This document shows positions 29,941 to 39,523 of a stretch of DNA of 64,000 nucleotides, one piece after another (within the stretch, counting starts at the first letter, position 1; every line of letters starts with the position of its first letter). The position numbers and the translations under genes were made by a program. The notes beneath the pieces were generated by a model that had not been told where the DNA came from, made no database searches, and worked only from the letters and a program-made list of their open reading frames with translations. The stretch is from an uncultured virus (IMG/VR IMGVR_UViG_3300030118_004714) (taxonomy: Duplodnaviria; Heunggongvirae; Uroviricota; Caudoviricetes): the IMG/VR virus record IMGVR_UViG_3300030118_004714. One strand, written 5' to 3'.

Positions 29941-31481
29941 TCCATAGCCTCCAAATCTTTGAGCGTGTTAATATCTGCAACAAACTTATCATCACGAATA
30001 CGCTTGCATCGTGGAAATCTCAAACCAATATTATTTGAGGCATCCCTTGAGACTAAATCGGCTCTTACTTCAAGAACAACAACAGGGTTCACATTGTAAG
30101 AATTACCTTCATAGGAAACAATATTTCTTCGTAGAGTGTTTGTTAATGAAATTAAATCCATATCGCTAAAACCAGTTCCAACATATCCAATGCTTTGGAA
30201 ACCATCCTCTGTTGCTACTCCCATTTCAAATGTAGCAAAGACATTTGATTTCTTTCCTTCACCGTATTGTGCTGAAAGAACCACCACATCAAGTTCAATC
30301 AAAGGTGGTTTGTATTTTGCCCAACCTTTTGAACGCTTCCCTGCTTCATAAGGAAGAGAAGCATCTTTTACAATAATACCTTCAAACCCTTCGTTGATTG
30401 CTACATTGTAGAAAGCCATCACATCTCCCCCTTCGGGCATTCGTTGTGCTTGGTCAGGATTGCCCTTAAATCGCTCAAGGCGTTGGTCATAGGGCAAGTC
30501 CATAATCGTCTCTCCAGCCCACTTTAGGCAGTCAAAAATGACCCATTTCACCTTGACTCTCTCCATGGCTTCCTCTACATTCTTTGAATGAACCCTCGTT
30601 CCCATCAGTTTATGTTCGGCAGGAGAACCGTCTTCATTAATTGGATAAATCTCTCCATCAAAAATGACATTATCAACTTCATAATTACGAACAACTTCTG
30701 CAATATCAGGGAATTGCTTTGAAACAATTTTTCCTTTACGATTAAAAATAATTACGGAGTCTCCTTCTTTATGAATTTGATAACGGTTTCCATCATACTT
30801 GAAATCAACAATTTTCTTTACAGGCCACTTATTCATCGGCAAGTCTTTTGCTAACATGGGTTTGATAAAACCACCATGGCTCAAACTCATTTGTGGTTCT
30901 TCTCCCATGTTGTAGTAGTTTGAAACTATATCCACAGAATTGAAGTTCAAATGCTTTTTAACATCAGTAATCTTCTTACGATAATAATGGGCAAGAATTT
31001 TCTCAACAGTTCCACGGTTGATTCCGTTTCGTGGTTTTCTCAACCAATACCGAACAAACCAACGGCGTTCATTTGCTGACATATTCAGCAACGCCTGTTC
31101 AATCATTAGGTATTCTTTAGAGTTAAACTTACCACAATTTAATTCAAGAAGGCGGTGAACATAGTTCACCGAATACTTTTTTTGTGTTTCTGCCGAGGGG
31201 TCTAGTTGATAAACAACTTCTCCTAAATCATTATGTAAGTATAGTTCATTATCAATTTCATTATCAAACATATTAAAAATGCTTGAAATCCATTTCTTCG
31301 CTTTAGCCAACGCTATGCTGTTTGCTTTCAAAGAATCTTTATCTAAGATACAAAATACTGTATGCTTTGGGCTGGTTATAGTATTAAAACTCTCCATTCC
31401 CTCTGAAAACATTTTTATCGTTTGAGTCGGTTTCATTCTGTTTGTTGCTTGTAGTAGCCTTGCTAGATTCGTCCATGCCAT
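29937..31481 (-). CDS. lig: ATP-dependent DNA ligase
   Basis: KPMLA, KYDGNR, FDGEI, EGIIVK, WAKYK, VGTGF, LRFPR. Confidence 0.95.
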   Translation of the reverse strand: MAWTNLARLLQATNRMKPTQTIKMFSEGMESFNTITSPKHTVFCILDKDSLKANSIALAKAKKWISSIFNMFDNEIDNELYLHNDLGEVVYQLDPSAETQKKYSVNYVHRLLELNCGKFNSKEYLMIEQALLNMSANERRWFVRYWLRKPRNGINRGTVEKILAHYYRKKITDVKKHLNFNSVDIVSNYYNMGEEPQMSLSHGGFIKPMLAKDLPMNKWPVKKIVDFKYDGNRYQIHKEGDSVIIFNRKGKIVSKQFPDIAEVVRNYEVDNVIFDGEIYPINEDGSPAEHKLMGTRVHSKNVEEAMERVKVKWVIFDCLKWAGETIMDLPYDQRLERFKGNPDQAQRMPEGGDVMAFYNVAINEGFEGIIVKDASLPYEAGKRSKGWAKYKPPLIELDVVVLSAQYGEGKKSNVFATFEMGVATEDGFQSIGYVGTGFSDMDLISLTNTLRRNIVSYEGNSYNVNPVVVLEVRADLVSRDASNNIGLRFPRCKRIRDDKFVADINTLKDLEAME

Positions 31482-31611
31482 TTGTAATCATCTCCTTATT
31501 GTTGTTTATTTCTTTTATCAGTTGTTTTAAAAGGACGCTGATTCTCCCTTCATTCTTTTCAGAATAGGTCCACATGGCATTCGCCAAATAGACCCAATCA
31601 CTCTTCTTCAT
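31384..31611 (-). CDS. Hypothetical protein
   Basis: MKKSDWVYLANAMW...; overlaps the ligase start. Confidence 0.45.
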   Translation of the reverse strand: MKKSDWVYLANAMWTYSEKNEGRISVLLKQLIKEINNNKEMITNGMDESSKATTSNKQNETDSNDKNVFRGNGEF

Positions 31612-31948
31612 CTTTAGCACCCAATATGCCGAGAAGTCGTGCAAAATTAACAGACATATTGTGTGCCAATTCTGTTTCATTTAATTTGTTTCGTTCAAGA
31701 AGCCGTTGTCCAAGCAACATCAATGATGCTTGAGTAATTGCTGGCGCAACTTTAGCAAGTGAACCGTTTTCTTGGATTTCCCAATAACAAACAAATGTCA
31801 ATCGGGTGTGGTGTCCGGCGTTCACAGATTCATTGTAGCCAAAATTAAAAATATCCAAGAATCTCCCATCAAGGTTCTTCTTCTTTTTCTTTGCCCATGC
31901 ATTAAAACGCTCGTCGTTTATTGCGATTCGGTATAGAATTTCTGTCAT
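31598..31948 (-). CDS. Hypothetical protein
   Basis: ATG 31948 after GAGG; co-oriented. Confidence 0.55.
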   Translation of the reverse strand: MTEILYRIAINDERFNAWAKKKKKNLDGRFLDIFNFGYNESVNAGHHTRLTFVCYWEIQENGSLAKVAPAITQASLMLLGQRLLERNKLNETELAHNMSVNFARLLGILGAKDEEE

Positions 31949-32232
31949 TCCTCTTCCTCCGAGATGTTCCAATCCGCATTTCTTAATGCTTCCAATAGAG
32001 CCAATTTAAATCTTGCATAAGCGTCTTTCACATTATCAGGATGAATGCGGGTTCCCCGCCCACCAAGAGGCGGCATTGACTTTTCAACGAAAAGTAAAAA
32101 CTCATCGCATATTTCACCACAGAACATGTTAGCGAAACCAACAGCCCCATAAGTAATGCTTCTTCCTTTACAGCCGTTTTTAGCGGCGGCTTCTCTCATC
32201 GCTTGCTCCGTATGTTTCTTAAATGTCTTCAT
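31945..32232 (-). CDS. Second, divergent histone-fold protein
   Basis: Helix, SITYGA, long helix, then RGTRIHPDNVKDAY resembling L2-alpha3 (KTIxxxDIxLA). Confidence 0.5.
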   Translation of the reverse strand: MKTFKKHTEQAMREAAAKNGCKGRSITYGAVGFANMFCGEICDEFLLFVEKSMPPLGGRGTRIHPDNVKDAYARFKLALLEALRNADWNISEEEE

Positions 32233-32434
32233 CCAATTCTCTCCTTAATATTTCATACAACATTTTCGCTTCTTCAAGGTTTAAGCGAATACCTTTTCTT
32301 GTTGGTTTGTCATTCAAAAACCAACGAATATCAAACACTTCAATGTTCCAATAGGTTCCACGCTTGACAATAATTTCATCCTTTTCGTTTCGGATGACTC
32401 GTCCTGTAATTTTTAGGTCGGTCAATTCATCCAC
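32219..32434 (-). CDS. PC4/YdbC-like ssDNA-binding protein
   Basis: FDIRWF...KPTRKGIRLNLEE. Confidence 0.8.
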   Translation of the reverse strand: MDELTDLKITGRVIRNEKDEIIVKRGTYWNIEVFDIRWFLNDKPTRKGIRLNLEEAKMLYEILRRELDEDI

Positions 32435-32817
32435 CCCTGTTTAAATTTATCCAAATCCTGTCTTGATGTAAAGTACCGGGGCGTGTCTAAATCATCTAAT
32501 CGGTTCACAATCCAGCAAGCACCTCCAAGAGAAGAAACTTGAACAACTTCATATTGACCGTCATTTATTTCAAGGACTTCAACTGTATTTACTTCGGGGG
32601 TCAATCCATATTTCTTGGTTAATTCCGTGGCAACTGTTCTAATATTCTCTGCCACATACTTGATGATGTGCGCCCTTTGGATAGGTATTTTCGGTTCAAC
32701 ATCAATCTTCAATGAACCCTTAAAATTACAAACTCTACATTTATTTCCTTCGCAAACAGGGCATCTAATTTGCGCCCTATGTGGTGCTGGAAAAACAACA
32801 GTTATTGCTTTCTTCAT
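32422..32817 (-). CDS. Protein with DnaJ-type zinc finger
   Basis: CPVCEG..CRVCNFKG; adjacent to groEL. Confidence 0.55.
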   Translation of the reverse strand: MKKAITVVFPAPHRAQIRCPVCEGNKCRVCNFKGSLKIDVEPKIPIQRAHIIKYVAENIRTVATELTKKYGLTPEVNTVEVLEINDGQYEVVQVSSLGGACWIVNRLDDLDTPRYFTSRQDLDKFKQGWMN

Positions 32818-34301
32818 TGTTCTCCCACCAATACTGCAACTTCCGTAGAATAGAACAATTGTGCAATTGACATGGCGGCAAGAAGGCTGTTCTTTGCAAC
32901 CTTTACTGGGTCAAAGACTCCCTCTTCTTCCAAGTTAGCCATTTTACCTGTTAAGGCATTGAAGCCCATGGGATATTCTTCGGGAGGAACGGGGGATAGG
33001 TTGCTATTCTCAAAGAGTGCTTCATAAGGGGCGGTCATAGCGTCCTTAAACCAATTAGGCGCATCAATTCTCTGGGCAACCTCCATCAAAGCACGACCTC
33101 CACCAACAACAATACCTTCTTCTAAAGCGGCTTTTGTTGCATTCAAGGCATCATCAAGGCGTTCCTTCTTCTCAAGCATTTCAATTGATGAAGAAGCACC
33201 GACCTTAATTGTAGCAACCTTTCCACGAAGGCGAATGATACGGGACTTCAGGCGAGCCGCTTCAAATCCTTCCATAGATTTGACTTGCTCTTTTAGATAA
33301 TTGATTCGTGAATAAGTCTCACCCTCGCCACCAACCAAAATTGTTCGCTCCTTTGAAATAATAACTCTCTCGCATTCTCCTAAATCGCTCTTAACAAACT
33401 GTGAGGCACTATCCTTACTTTCTTCGGTGAAGACTTTACCGCCCATCAAACATTGAATGTCTCCTAACTCATCCAATTGTTGGTCGCCAAAGTTTGGTGC
33501 AAGAACAACGGCACACTCCACGGTTTTGTTGATAATGTTTGCCAGTAGATTGTTCAATGCTGAACCATCCATTCCCTTACAGAAAATAACAAGTGGTCTG
33601 CTCTGATTTGCCGCATACTCCAACAATCCGATTATGTCCTTAAAGTTTCTAAACTTCATGTTTGACATGAACACTAAAGGATTTTCAAATATTGCTTTAC
33701 CGTTGGGTTGATTCGCCATCAAATGGCTGATGTAGCCTTCGGGAATCTGCATTCCTTCTCTTACAATTAATTCTGTAATGTGGGTTTTTGATTCTTCAAC
33801 AGTCAAAGCACCTTCACGGCCCACTTCTTGAATTCCTGCTTGAATTAAAGCACCGAGGTTTGGGTCATTGTTTGCCGCAATTGTAGCAACATTGAGAATA
33901 TCATCATCCTCAATTTTAATTGACAATTCATCCAATCCCTCAAGCATTTTCACCTTCAAGTAATCCAGCGTCTCATAGAATTTGTGAGCATTCATTTCAG
34001 GCAATTGAGAAATCTTCGCACAAAGCATTCTCGCAAGAATACAAGCCGTTGTTGTTCCATCGCCCGAACCTTCTTGGGCTTTACTTGCTAAGTTTTGAAC
34101 CAATTGCACACCCATTTGAACATAAGGGTCTTCATGAGAGATATATTTTGTGATGGTCACGCCATCATTAATGACAATTGGTGGGTTGTTTTGCAGAATA
34201 ACTGTTTTTGCTTGGGGACCAAGTGTTGGTTGAACCGTATTGGCAACCAAGTTAATTCCCTGCAATAGTTTTCTCTTTACTTCTTCTCCATTGATAATCA
34301 T
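32814..34301 (-). CDS. groEL: Group I chaperonin GroEL-like
   Basis: TLGP, NDGVTI, GDGTTTA, APNFGD, EKKERLDDALNATKAALEEGIVVGGG, DPVKV. Confidence 0.93.
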   Translation of the reverse strand: MIINGEEVKRKLLQGINLVANTVQPTLGPQAKTVILQNNPPIVINDGVTITKYISHEDPYVQMGVQLVQNLASKAQEGSGDGTTTACILARMLCAKISQLPEMNAHKFYETLDYLKVKMLEGLDELSIKIEDDDILNVATIAANNDPNLGALIQAGIQEVGREGALTVEESKTHITELIVREGMQIPEGYISHLMANQPNGKAIFENPLVFMSNMKFRNFKDIIGLLEYAANQSRPLVIFCKGMDGSALNNLLANIINKTVECAVVLAPNFGDQQLDELGDIQCLMGGKVFTEESKDSASQFVKSDLGECERVIISKERTILVGGEGETYSRINYLKEQVKSMEGFEAARLKSRIIRLRGKVATIKVGASSSIEMLEKKERLDDALNATKAALEEGIVVGGGRALMEVAQRIDAPNWFKDAMTAPYEALFENSNLSPVPPEEYPMGFNALTGKMANLEEEGVFDPVKVAKNSLLAAMSIAQLFYSTEVAVLVGEQ

Positions 34302-34513
34302 TCCAACACCGCCATAACCATTTCATAGGGAACAAACTTGAACCCATCATACTCTTGAATTGTTTTAGCCATAGAGAAAATGATTGTTTTACCAATCAAT
34401 TCTTTATCGCAGGCACAGGACAATACCTTGCCCAAATTGTTTTCTTTCATGGTGATAATACCATGGCTTTGAACTTCTTGTTCAACAATTACAAAGTTGT
34501 TCATGGCCTTCAT
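34298..34513 (-). CDS. groES: Co-chaperonin GroES-like
   Basis: MKAMNNFVIVE...GII...GKVLS...IIFS...VMAVLE, directly upstream of groEL. Confidence 0.75.
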   Translation of the reverse strand: MKAMNNFVIVEQEVQSHGIITMKENNLGKVLSCACDKELIGKTIIFSMAKTIQEYDGFKFVPYEMVMAVLE

Positions 34514-34788
34514 TCTTCTTCCTCCGTAGGAATGGCTATCCAAGCACGACGAGAATTTGAAACCCATGTGTAAATATGAGTTTTATAGAATTCTTTCAAT
34601 TCTTTATCTCGCTTGGTTTTTCTGGACTTTGCCCATTGAATCCCTTTGTTTTCCCTTGGTTTGTTTTCATCGTTAGGATGCGCCTTTTGGTGGCGAGCCG
34701 TTCTTTGTTTTAGCGTTAAATTTTCAGCCTCTCTCATTGGCCTGTCCGGGTATTTTTTCGCAGTATCAAATCCTGTTTTTCTTGTCAT
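34510..34788 (-). CDS. Basic hypothetical protein
   Basis: 92 aa Lys/Arg-rich; overlaps both neighbours. Confidence 0.55.
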   Translation of the reverse strand: MTRKTGFDTAKKYPDRPMREAENLTLKQRTARHQKAHPNDENKPRENKGIQWAKSRKTKRDKELKEFYKTHIYTWVSNSRRAWIAIPTEEEE

Positions 34789-35483
34789 TCCTCTTCACCT
34801 CTTGGTCTTTGTTGTGTTTTTTCTGGTTCTCCATTTGCATAGATTTCAAGTTTATTTTTACTAAACTTGCTCCAAAAGCCATAGTGTCCTTTTGTGGACA
34901 TTTGACTTCCAAGAACATATGCACAATTGATGTGTTCTTCCCAAATGTTGATTGTTCTCCAATCCGTTCCGCTAAAGTAGGCGGAACCAAATGGGTGAGT
35001 ATGAATCCAACACTTGATAGGAAGTTTCATTCCAATGAGTGTTGATGGGTCAATTGTCAAATAATCAACATATCCAGCCGTACCAGTTGAAACATAAATG
35101 TCATTCTTTGAATCAATGACTGCTTGGACTTCAAGCCCCGGCAATATTTCAGTAGAAGCATACCAAATAGCATCATGCAAATCCAGAGAATGTTCAGCAT
35201 CTTGAACAACTGTAAAATCTTCCCAATTTACTGTTGATGTTGCTTCCATCAAACATCTATTCCATGCCTCTTCAACATAGCGAACTGCTTCAACTCGCCC
35301 TTCTTCAATTTCCTTTCTTTTTTGTACGATTATTTTTGCTCTTTCTTTGTTATTCATATTTTTCACCTTTTCATTATTTTTTAACCATTCTTTATAGCCT
35401 TCTTCCATCAACCATTCATCATATCCTGAATCGTCGTCATCATCGGGATTCTCCCGAATAAACCAATCCCCACTTTTGCTCAT
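34785..35483 (-). CDS. JAB/MPN+ metalloprotease (deubiquitinase-like)
   Basis: Upstream Glu (GLEVQ) plus WIHTHPFGSAYFSGTD = HxH-x7-S-x2-D. Confidence 0.88.
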   Translation of the reverse strand: MSKSGDWFIRENPDDDDDSGYDEWLMEEGYKEWLKNNEKVKNMNNKERAKIIVQKRKEIEEGRVEAVRYVEEAWNRCLMEATSTVNWEDFTVVQDAEHSLDLHDAIWYASTEILPGLEVQAVIDSKNDIYVSTGTAGYVDYLTIDPSTLIGMKLPIKCWIHTHPFGSAYFSGTDWRTINIWEEHINCAYVLGSQMSTKGHYGFWSKFSKNKLEIYANGEPEKTQQRPRGEEE

Positions 35484-35971
35484 TCTTCCCCACCTCGGAG
35501 GCGCATGAGTTTGTCGTTGAGTTTGTTCATTTTGGCGATTATACGCTTCTCCTTACGGCTTGAAGGAATCTTGGGTATGTAAGGTTCCTTTCGTTCTCGG
35601 ACGGTCATAGCGGCCTTCCTAACAAGTTCTATGTGAGTCAGTTCTGTGCTGTCAATCAATTGCTCAAGGCGACCAGCACATTCAGCATAACTGCAACCAA
35701 AATATCCTCGCACCTCATCAATGCTCATATCATAGAAATTAACCAGCAAGAAGAAATCTTTCTTCGCATCCCAACCCGATGAAGTTTGGGTTTCTTCGGC
35801 AATAACTTTAGTTTGTTGTAGTTTCTTCCACTTCATTTTTGTTGCGTGTGCTGAACGCTTATTTCCAGCAACGGATTCAACCGCATAAGCAACCGATTCA
35901 AATTCAGTCGCATTGGTAATCTTCAACAATAATTCCTCTTCTTCTTTTGTCCATTTTATTCCTCGGCTCAT
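35480..35971 (-). CDS. Protein with Myb/SANT-like HTH repeats
   Basis: KWTKEEEELL...RSAHATKMKW and WDAKKDFFLL...CSYAECAGRL. Confidence 0.6.
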   Translation of the reverse strand: MSRGIKWTKEEEELLLKITNATEFESVAYAVESVAGNKRSAHATKMKWKKLQQTKVIAEETQTSSGWDAKKDFFLLVNFYDMSIDEVRGYFGCSYAECAGRLEQLIDSTELTHIELVRKAAMTVRERKEPYIPKIPSSRKEKRIIAKMNKLNDKLMRLRGGEE

Positions 35972-36525
35972 ACATTCACCACCATATATTCTCTAACTTC
36001 TTCGCCGTTAAACCAGCGTTGAATCCATTGTGCGCCCAATCCTGCAATTGCGACTTGCATGTAATGTACGCCTTTATTTGTTCCATCCCATGAATCTCCT
36101 TGACAACTAAACGACCCTTCTTCACCAGCCAAAAGCATATCATACATTTTCGGGTCTGCCTTATGCGACACAAGGGCGGCGTTCCTACCCTGCGCCCGTA
36201 AGTCTAACCACTTAATGCTTGTGTTGTAAAGGGTTCGTCGCAACCCGATATTATCAACACAACAAATAACCAAATCATAATTTTGCATTTGTGATTCTGC
36301 AAGAATAGGATAGGTGCTTGCATGACTTACGGAGGAATATTCATCCCTCATCACCATGGCCTTGTTTTGCCCGACATGTCCCTTCTTAAAATTTTGATAA
36401 GATAAATTTTTATTTTCAACTTTATCCGGGTCTGCAACAGAAATCCGATATAATCCTGCTCTGTGTAAAATAGGAATTAGAAAACTTCCAATTCCGCCTG
36501 CTCCAATAACTAATACTTTTCTCAT
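35968..36525 (-). CDS. ThiF/E1-like ubiquitin-like activating enzyme
   Basis: VIGAGGIGS, D.DKVE.KNL.YQ, GQNKA, DLVICCVDN...RR, candidate catalytic Cys in SFSCQ. Confidence 0.9.
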   Translation of the reverse strand: MRKVLVIGAGGIGSFLIPILHRAGLYRISVADPDKVENKNLSYQNFKKGHVGQNKAMVMRDEYSSVSHASTYPILAESQMQNYDLVICCVDNIGLRRTLYNTSIKWLDLRAQGRNAALVSHKADPKMYDMLLAGEEGSFSCQGDSWDGTNKGVHYMQVAIAGLGAQWIQRWFNGEEVREYMVVNV

Positions 36526-36527
36526 AT

Positions 36528-36665
36528 TTATTCCTCCTTAATTGCTCCACATTTTGTGCAAGTGTATTCAATTACTAATTCTTCAAATTTTACAGCATCA
36601 ACGCCATATCCTTCCCAAAAGGTATCAACATATCTGTCTGTTTCTTTCCAATCGTGTTCACACAT
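36528..36665 (-). CDS. Small zinc-finger protein
   Basis: MCEHDW...CTKCG; GAGGTGA RBS. Confidence 0.55.
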   Translation of the reverse strand: MCEHDWKETDRYVDTFWEGYGVDAVKFEELVIEYTCTKCGAIKEE

Positions 36666-36675
36666 CTTATTCACC

Positions 36676-37008
36676 TCAAAACGATTTACCATGCATAAAC
36701 TCACGGCTTTGATTGTATTCAATCTTAGCGAGAATCGCACCTGCTATATCTAAATCTTTACCAAAAGAATAGTCCATGATGCGAATAATCACATCTGCTA
36801 ATTCCTCTTCAACACTATTAAATTCAATGATTTTATTTGAGGAAGGGTTATCGTTTCGCATGGCCTCCAATGCTTCTGATAATTCAGAATGCATCAGTGC
36901 AATTGCTTCACCGTCATTTCTCTCTTCTTTCCAAAAACCATGATTCACCGCATTGGTGTAGATTTTCTTTGCTAACTTATTCCATTCTTTTTCAAACATT
37001 TGTTTCAC
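36676..37008 (-). CDS. MazG-like nucleotide pyrophosphohydrolase
   Basis: HSELSEALEA...EEELADVIIR...K..YN.SR. Confidence 0.85.
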   Translation of the reverse strand: MKQMFEKEWNKLAKKIYTNAVNHGFWKEERNDGEAIALMHSELSEALEAMRNDNPSSNKIIEFNSVEEELADVIIRIMDYSFGKDLDIAGAILAKIEYNQSREFMHGKSF

Positions 37009-37861
37009 CTATTTTATTTACATCCTTGCCTCTTAGTTGTTTTACCGAAGTTTTCCCAATCAAGGCTAAGAGGGACTTCGTTTGTTGATAAATATTCTTT
37101 TCATCAAAAGAACATAACTTGCTGATGTCTTTACGAGAAGGTTCTCTCCTTTCAAAGACATTTGTTGTTATCCAACAGATAGATGCATAGTAGCATTTTC
37201 CTTTAGTAAAGTTGCTATTGCTCACAATGTTCTCAAAGCGAGCAAGAACATCTAAACATTGTTTTAGATAATTTCTATCTTTAGTTATTTGAAGAACATG
37301 ATATTCAAGTTGATATGCTGGATTGACTTCTGTATAGTTTATTTGATTTCTGTAAAGAGAATTCAACTTTCTTACAATTTTACGCACTCTTTTTGGATTC
37401 ACTTGAAATTCTCTCATAACTTCTTTCATAGGGATGGGTGTTCCTCTCTCTTTGAGAGCATAGAAAACAACCGCAGTTGCTCTGTCCTCATAAGAAAATT
37501 TACCAAATATTCCTTTACGATAGGCTTCCATGTAAATTTTATCAACTCTTTCTTTCAGAGAAGAAGAGGGTGAAAAGTTCGCCAAAACAATACGACAATG
37601 CGATAGTGCTTGACTGATGTTTTTAGGAATAATACTTGACTTTCCAAAGCGATTAAATTTATAGGAACCCTCTCCAGAAATCACCGAGCCTAAATATCCC
37701 TTATCTGCTGAACGGATGGATTGCCCGTCCTTCCCCATTGATAAAATCGTCTGTTCAAAAATTTCCTCAATGAGAATAAGACCACATTCATTACAAATGT
37801 GTTCGCCCATTTCCTCATCAAAGGTTGAGTTTGCTGTTCCGCACTCTTCGCATTTCTTCAT
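36992..37861 (-). CDS. tfb: Transcription initiation factor TFB/TFIIB-like
   Basis: N-terminal CEECG...GEHICNECGLI zinc ribbon plus two cyclin-like repeats. Confidence 0.85.
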   Translation of the reverse strand: MKKCEECGTANSTFDEEMGEHICNECGLILIEEIFEQTILSMGKDGQSIRSADKGYLGSVISGEGSYKFNRFGKSSIIPKNISQALSHCRIVLANFSPSSSLKERVDKIYMEAYRKGIFGKFSYEDRATAVVFYALKERGTPIPMKEVMREFQVNPKRVRKIVRKLNSLYRNQINYTEVNPAYQLEYHVLQITKDRNYLKQCLDVLARFENIVSNSNFTKGKCYYASICWITTNVFERREPSRKDISKLCSFDEKNIYQQTKSLLALIGKTSVKQLRGKDVNKIGETNV

Positions 37862-39017
37862 CTATATCAACCCTATTTTCATTTGGTTCAGAAAGAATAT
37901 AACTTTTAATTGTATGAACAATATTAATTGTCATGTTATCATTTAAAAGAGCCATCGCTCTTGCGGCGAATTGGTCGCCAATAGAAGAATCGTCATTTGC
38001 ATTATCAATGCAAATTGCACCAGACCATTGAGGCTCGTTTCCTTCCCCGCTTCTTCTCGTCGGTTGCCAAACATATGTTGAAACATTCTGTGTTCCCGTT
38101 GATTTAAAGTTTTGACAAACCAGCATCCAATCATAACCATTACCACGAACAAACATTGTTGTTAATTGATTATCAGAATTCCAGACTGGGAAAAACCTAT
38201 CCGGTCTTTGTTCAACCATTTCATTAATTAGTTCGTATGCTCTTTTTTCTACAATGTCTTGTTTTCTATTCTGTTGTAGAAAAGCAATCATAAGATTCAA
38301 TTCTGCATTGGTTGGTTCACGACCTATTAATTTTACAAATAAATTCCTAGGAGAGGTATAAGGCCAAGAACCTCTTTTTTGACCATGCACATAGAAATTA
38401 CAATAACGGTCTAATTCTTTAAAAGAAATTTCTCCCCAAACGCCATCGCTTATTTCAATGGCGCATGTAGTTGGCCCTATCCTTTGAACATTCAGCCGAA
38501 CATCGTGCTTTTCATAATCATTGAAGAAAAAGAAAGGCAAACGGTTTTCTAAAACATACGAAACATTCTCTGGAATATTTAAGCAAGACCAAAGAAATCT
38601 GTTGAGTTCAGCCTTGCAATCTGTAAAACAACTACGATAAAGGACTCTCGCAATAACATCACACATATTATCTAATGACAAATAAATTCCATTAATTGTG
38701 TGTCTTCCAGACTTCTTTTGAAAGAAGATAGAAAAATCTTTTATAGAAATAGTAGCAGAGACAGTGGATGGGATATGGCCTTTTCTGCCACCATATCTTG
38801 TCGTTCTTGGTTTAACGAAAATTGATTTTAATTGGCTTTTAATTCCCTCATGCAGAGGGTCTTTTGATTTAAAACCTGCTCTGCTCATATTTAGAACTGC
38901 TCTTCCATTTTCCTTAAAGAAACGATTAGTAATGTGTTTAAAAATATCACTACTCATTGTAGTATTATAGTATTCATTTGTATCGTTTGGCTTTTTTATT
39001 CTTACATCAAATTCCAT
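37818..39017 (-). CDS. 399-aa protein with C-terminal E2/UBC-like domain (candidate)
   Basis: WSGAICID...SIGDQFAARAMALLND resembles the UBC G-x-IC-L-D...LL-x-D active-site region; near Ubl, E1 and JAB. Confidence 0.55.
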   Translation of the reverse strand: MEFDVRIKKPNDTNEYYNTTMSSDIFKHITNRFFKENGRAVLNMSRAGFKSKDPLHEGIKSQLKSIFVKPRTTRYGGRKGHIPSTVSATISIKDFSIFFQKKSGRHTINGIYLSLDNMCDVIARVLYRSCFTDCKAELNRFLWSCLNIPENVSYVLENRLPFFFFNDYEKHDVRLNVQRIGPTTCAIEISDGVWGEISFKELDRYCNFYVHGQKRGSWPYTSPRNLFVKLIGREPTNAELNLMIAFLQQNRKQDIVEKRAYELINEMVEQRPDRFFPVWNSDNQLTTMFVRGNGYDWMLVCQNFKSTGTQNVSTYVWQPTRRSGEGNEPQWSGAICIDNANDDSSIGDQFAARAMALLNDNMTINIVHTIKSYILSEPNENRVDIDEEMRRVRNSKLNL

Positions 39018-39021
39018 TGTA

Positions 39022-39183
39022 TCACATCATGTATATCTTACTGTTATCTTTATTGCATTCATCATGCATTTCATTTCTAATTTCATTGGGAGAGTATAGT
39101 TTTTTTCCGCATACTCGGCAGATGGTGGCAACTTTGTTGCCTTTTCTATTGTTATAAATATATTCAGGATTTTTTTCTTTCAT
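39022..39183 (-). CDS. 53-aa zinc-finger protein (not in ORF track)
   Basis: CRVCGKKL...MHDEC. Confidence 0.55.
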   Translation of the reverse strand: MKEKNPEYIYNNRKGNKVATICRVCGKKLYSPNEIRNEMHDECNKDNSKIYMM

Positions 39184-39523
39184 AATTAAGCCCCAATCTA
39201 TTCTTAATTATAATTCTGTCTTCACATATTTTACATTTTTCGCCCAAACAATTTTTATTGTGATAGGCTAAAACATCTTCATATTCTTTCATCTTTCTTA
39301 ACATATATTTATTGAATCCTTCATCTACTGCTTCTTTGTTATGCCAAAGACAGTCATATATTGTTTGAGTAAGAGAGAACTCGTTGAAATAAATTTCGTC
39401 ATTTTTGGCGATGCTTGCCCATCTAGTGATTTTTGAGAATTGCTGAGGATTCATGTCAATGAATATTTTTACGCATGAACTTATGAGGTCATTTGTAGTT
39501 AATCTTTTCTTCAAGACTAACAC
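39164..39523 (-). CDS. Hypothetical protein with C-terminal Cys/His cluster
   Basis: H...C....C..C near the C-terminus. Confidence 0.55.
   Translation of the reverse strand: MLVLKKRLTTNDLISSCVKIFIDMNPQQFSKITRWASIAKNDEIYFNEFSLTQTIYDCLWHNKEAVDEGFNKYMLRKMKEYEDVLAYHNKNCLGEKCKICEDRIIIKNRLGLNYERKKS

Noticed and set aside
34766..34990. 74-aa minus-strand ORF
   Set aside because: Lies almost entirely within the JAB gene in another frame.
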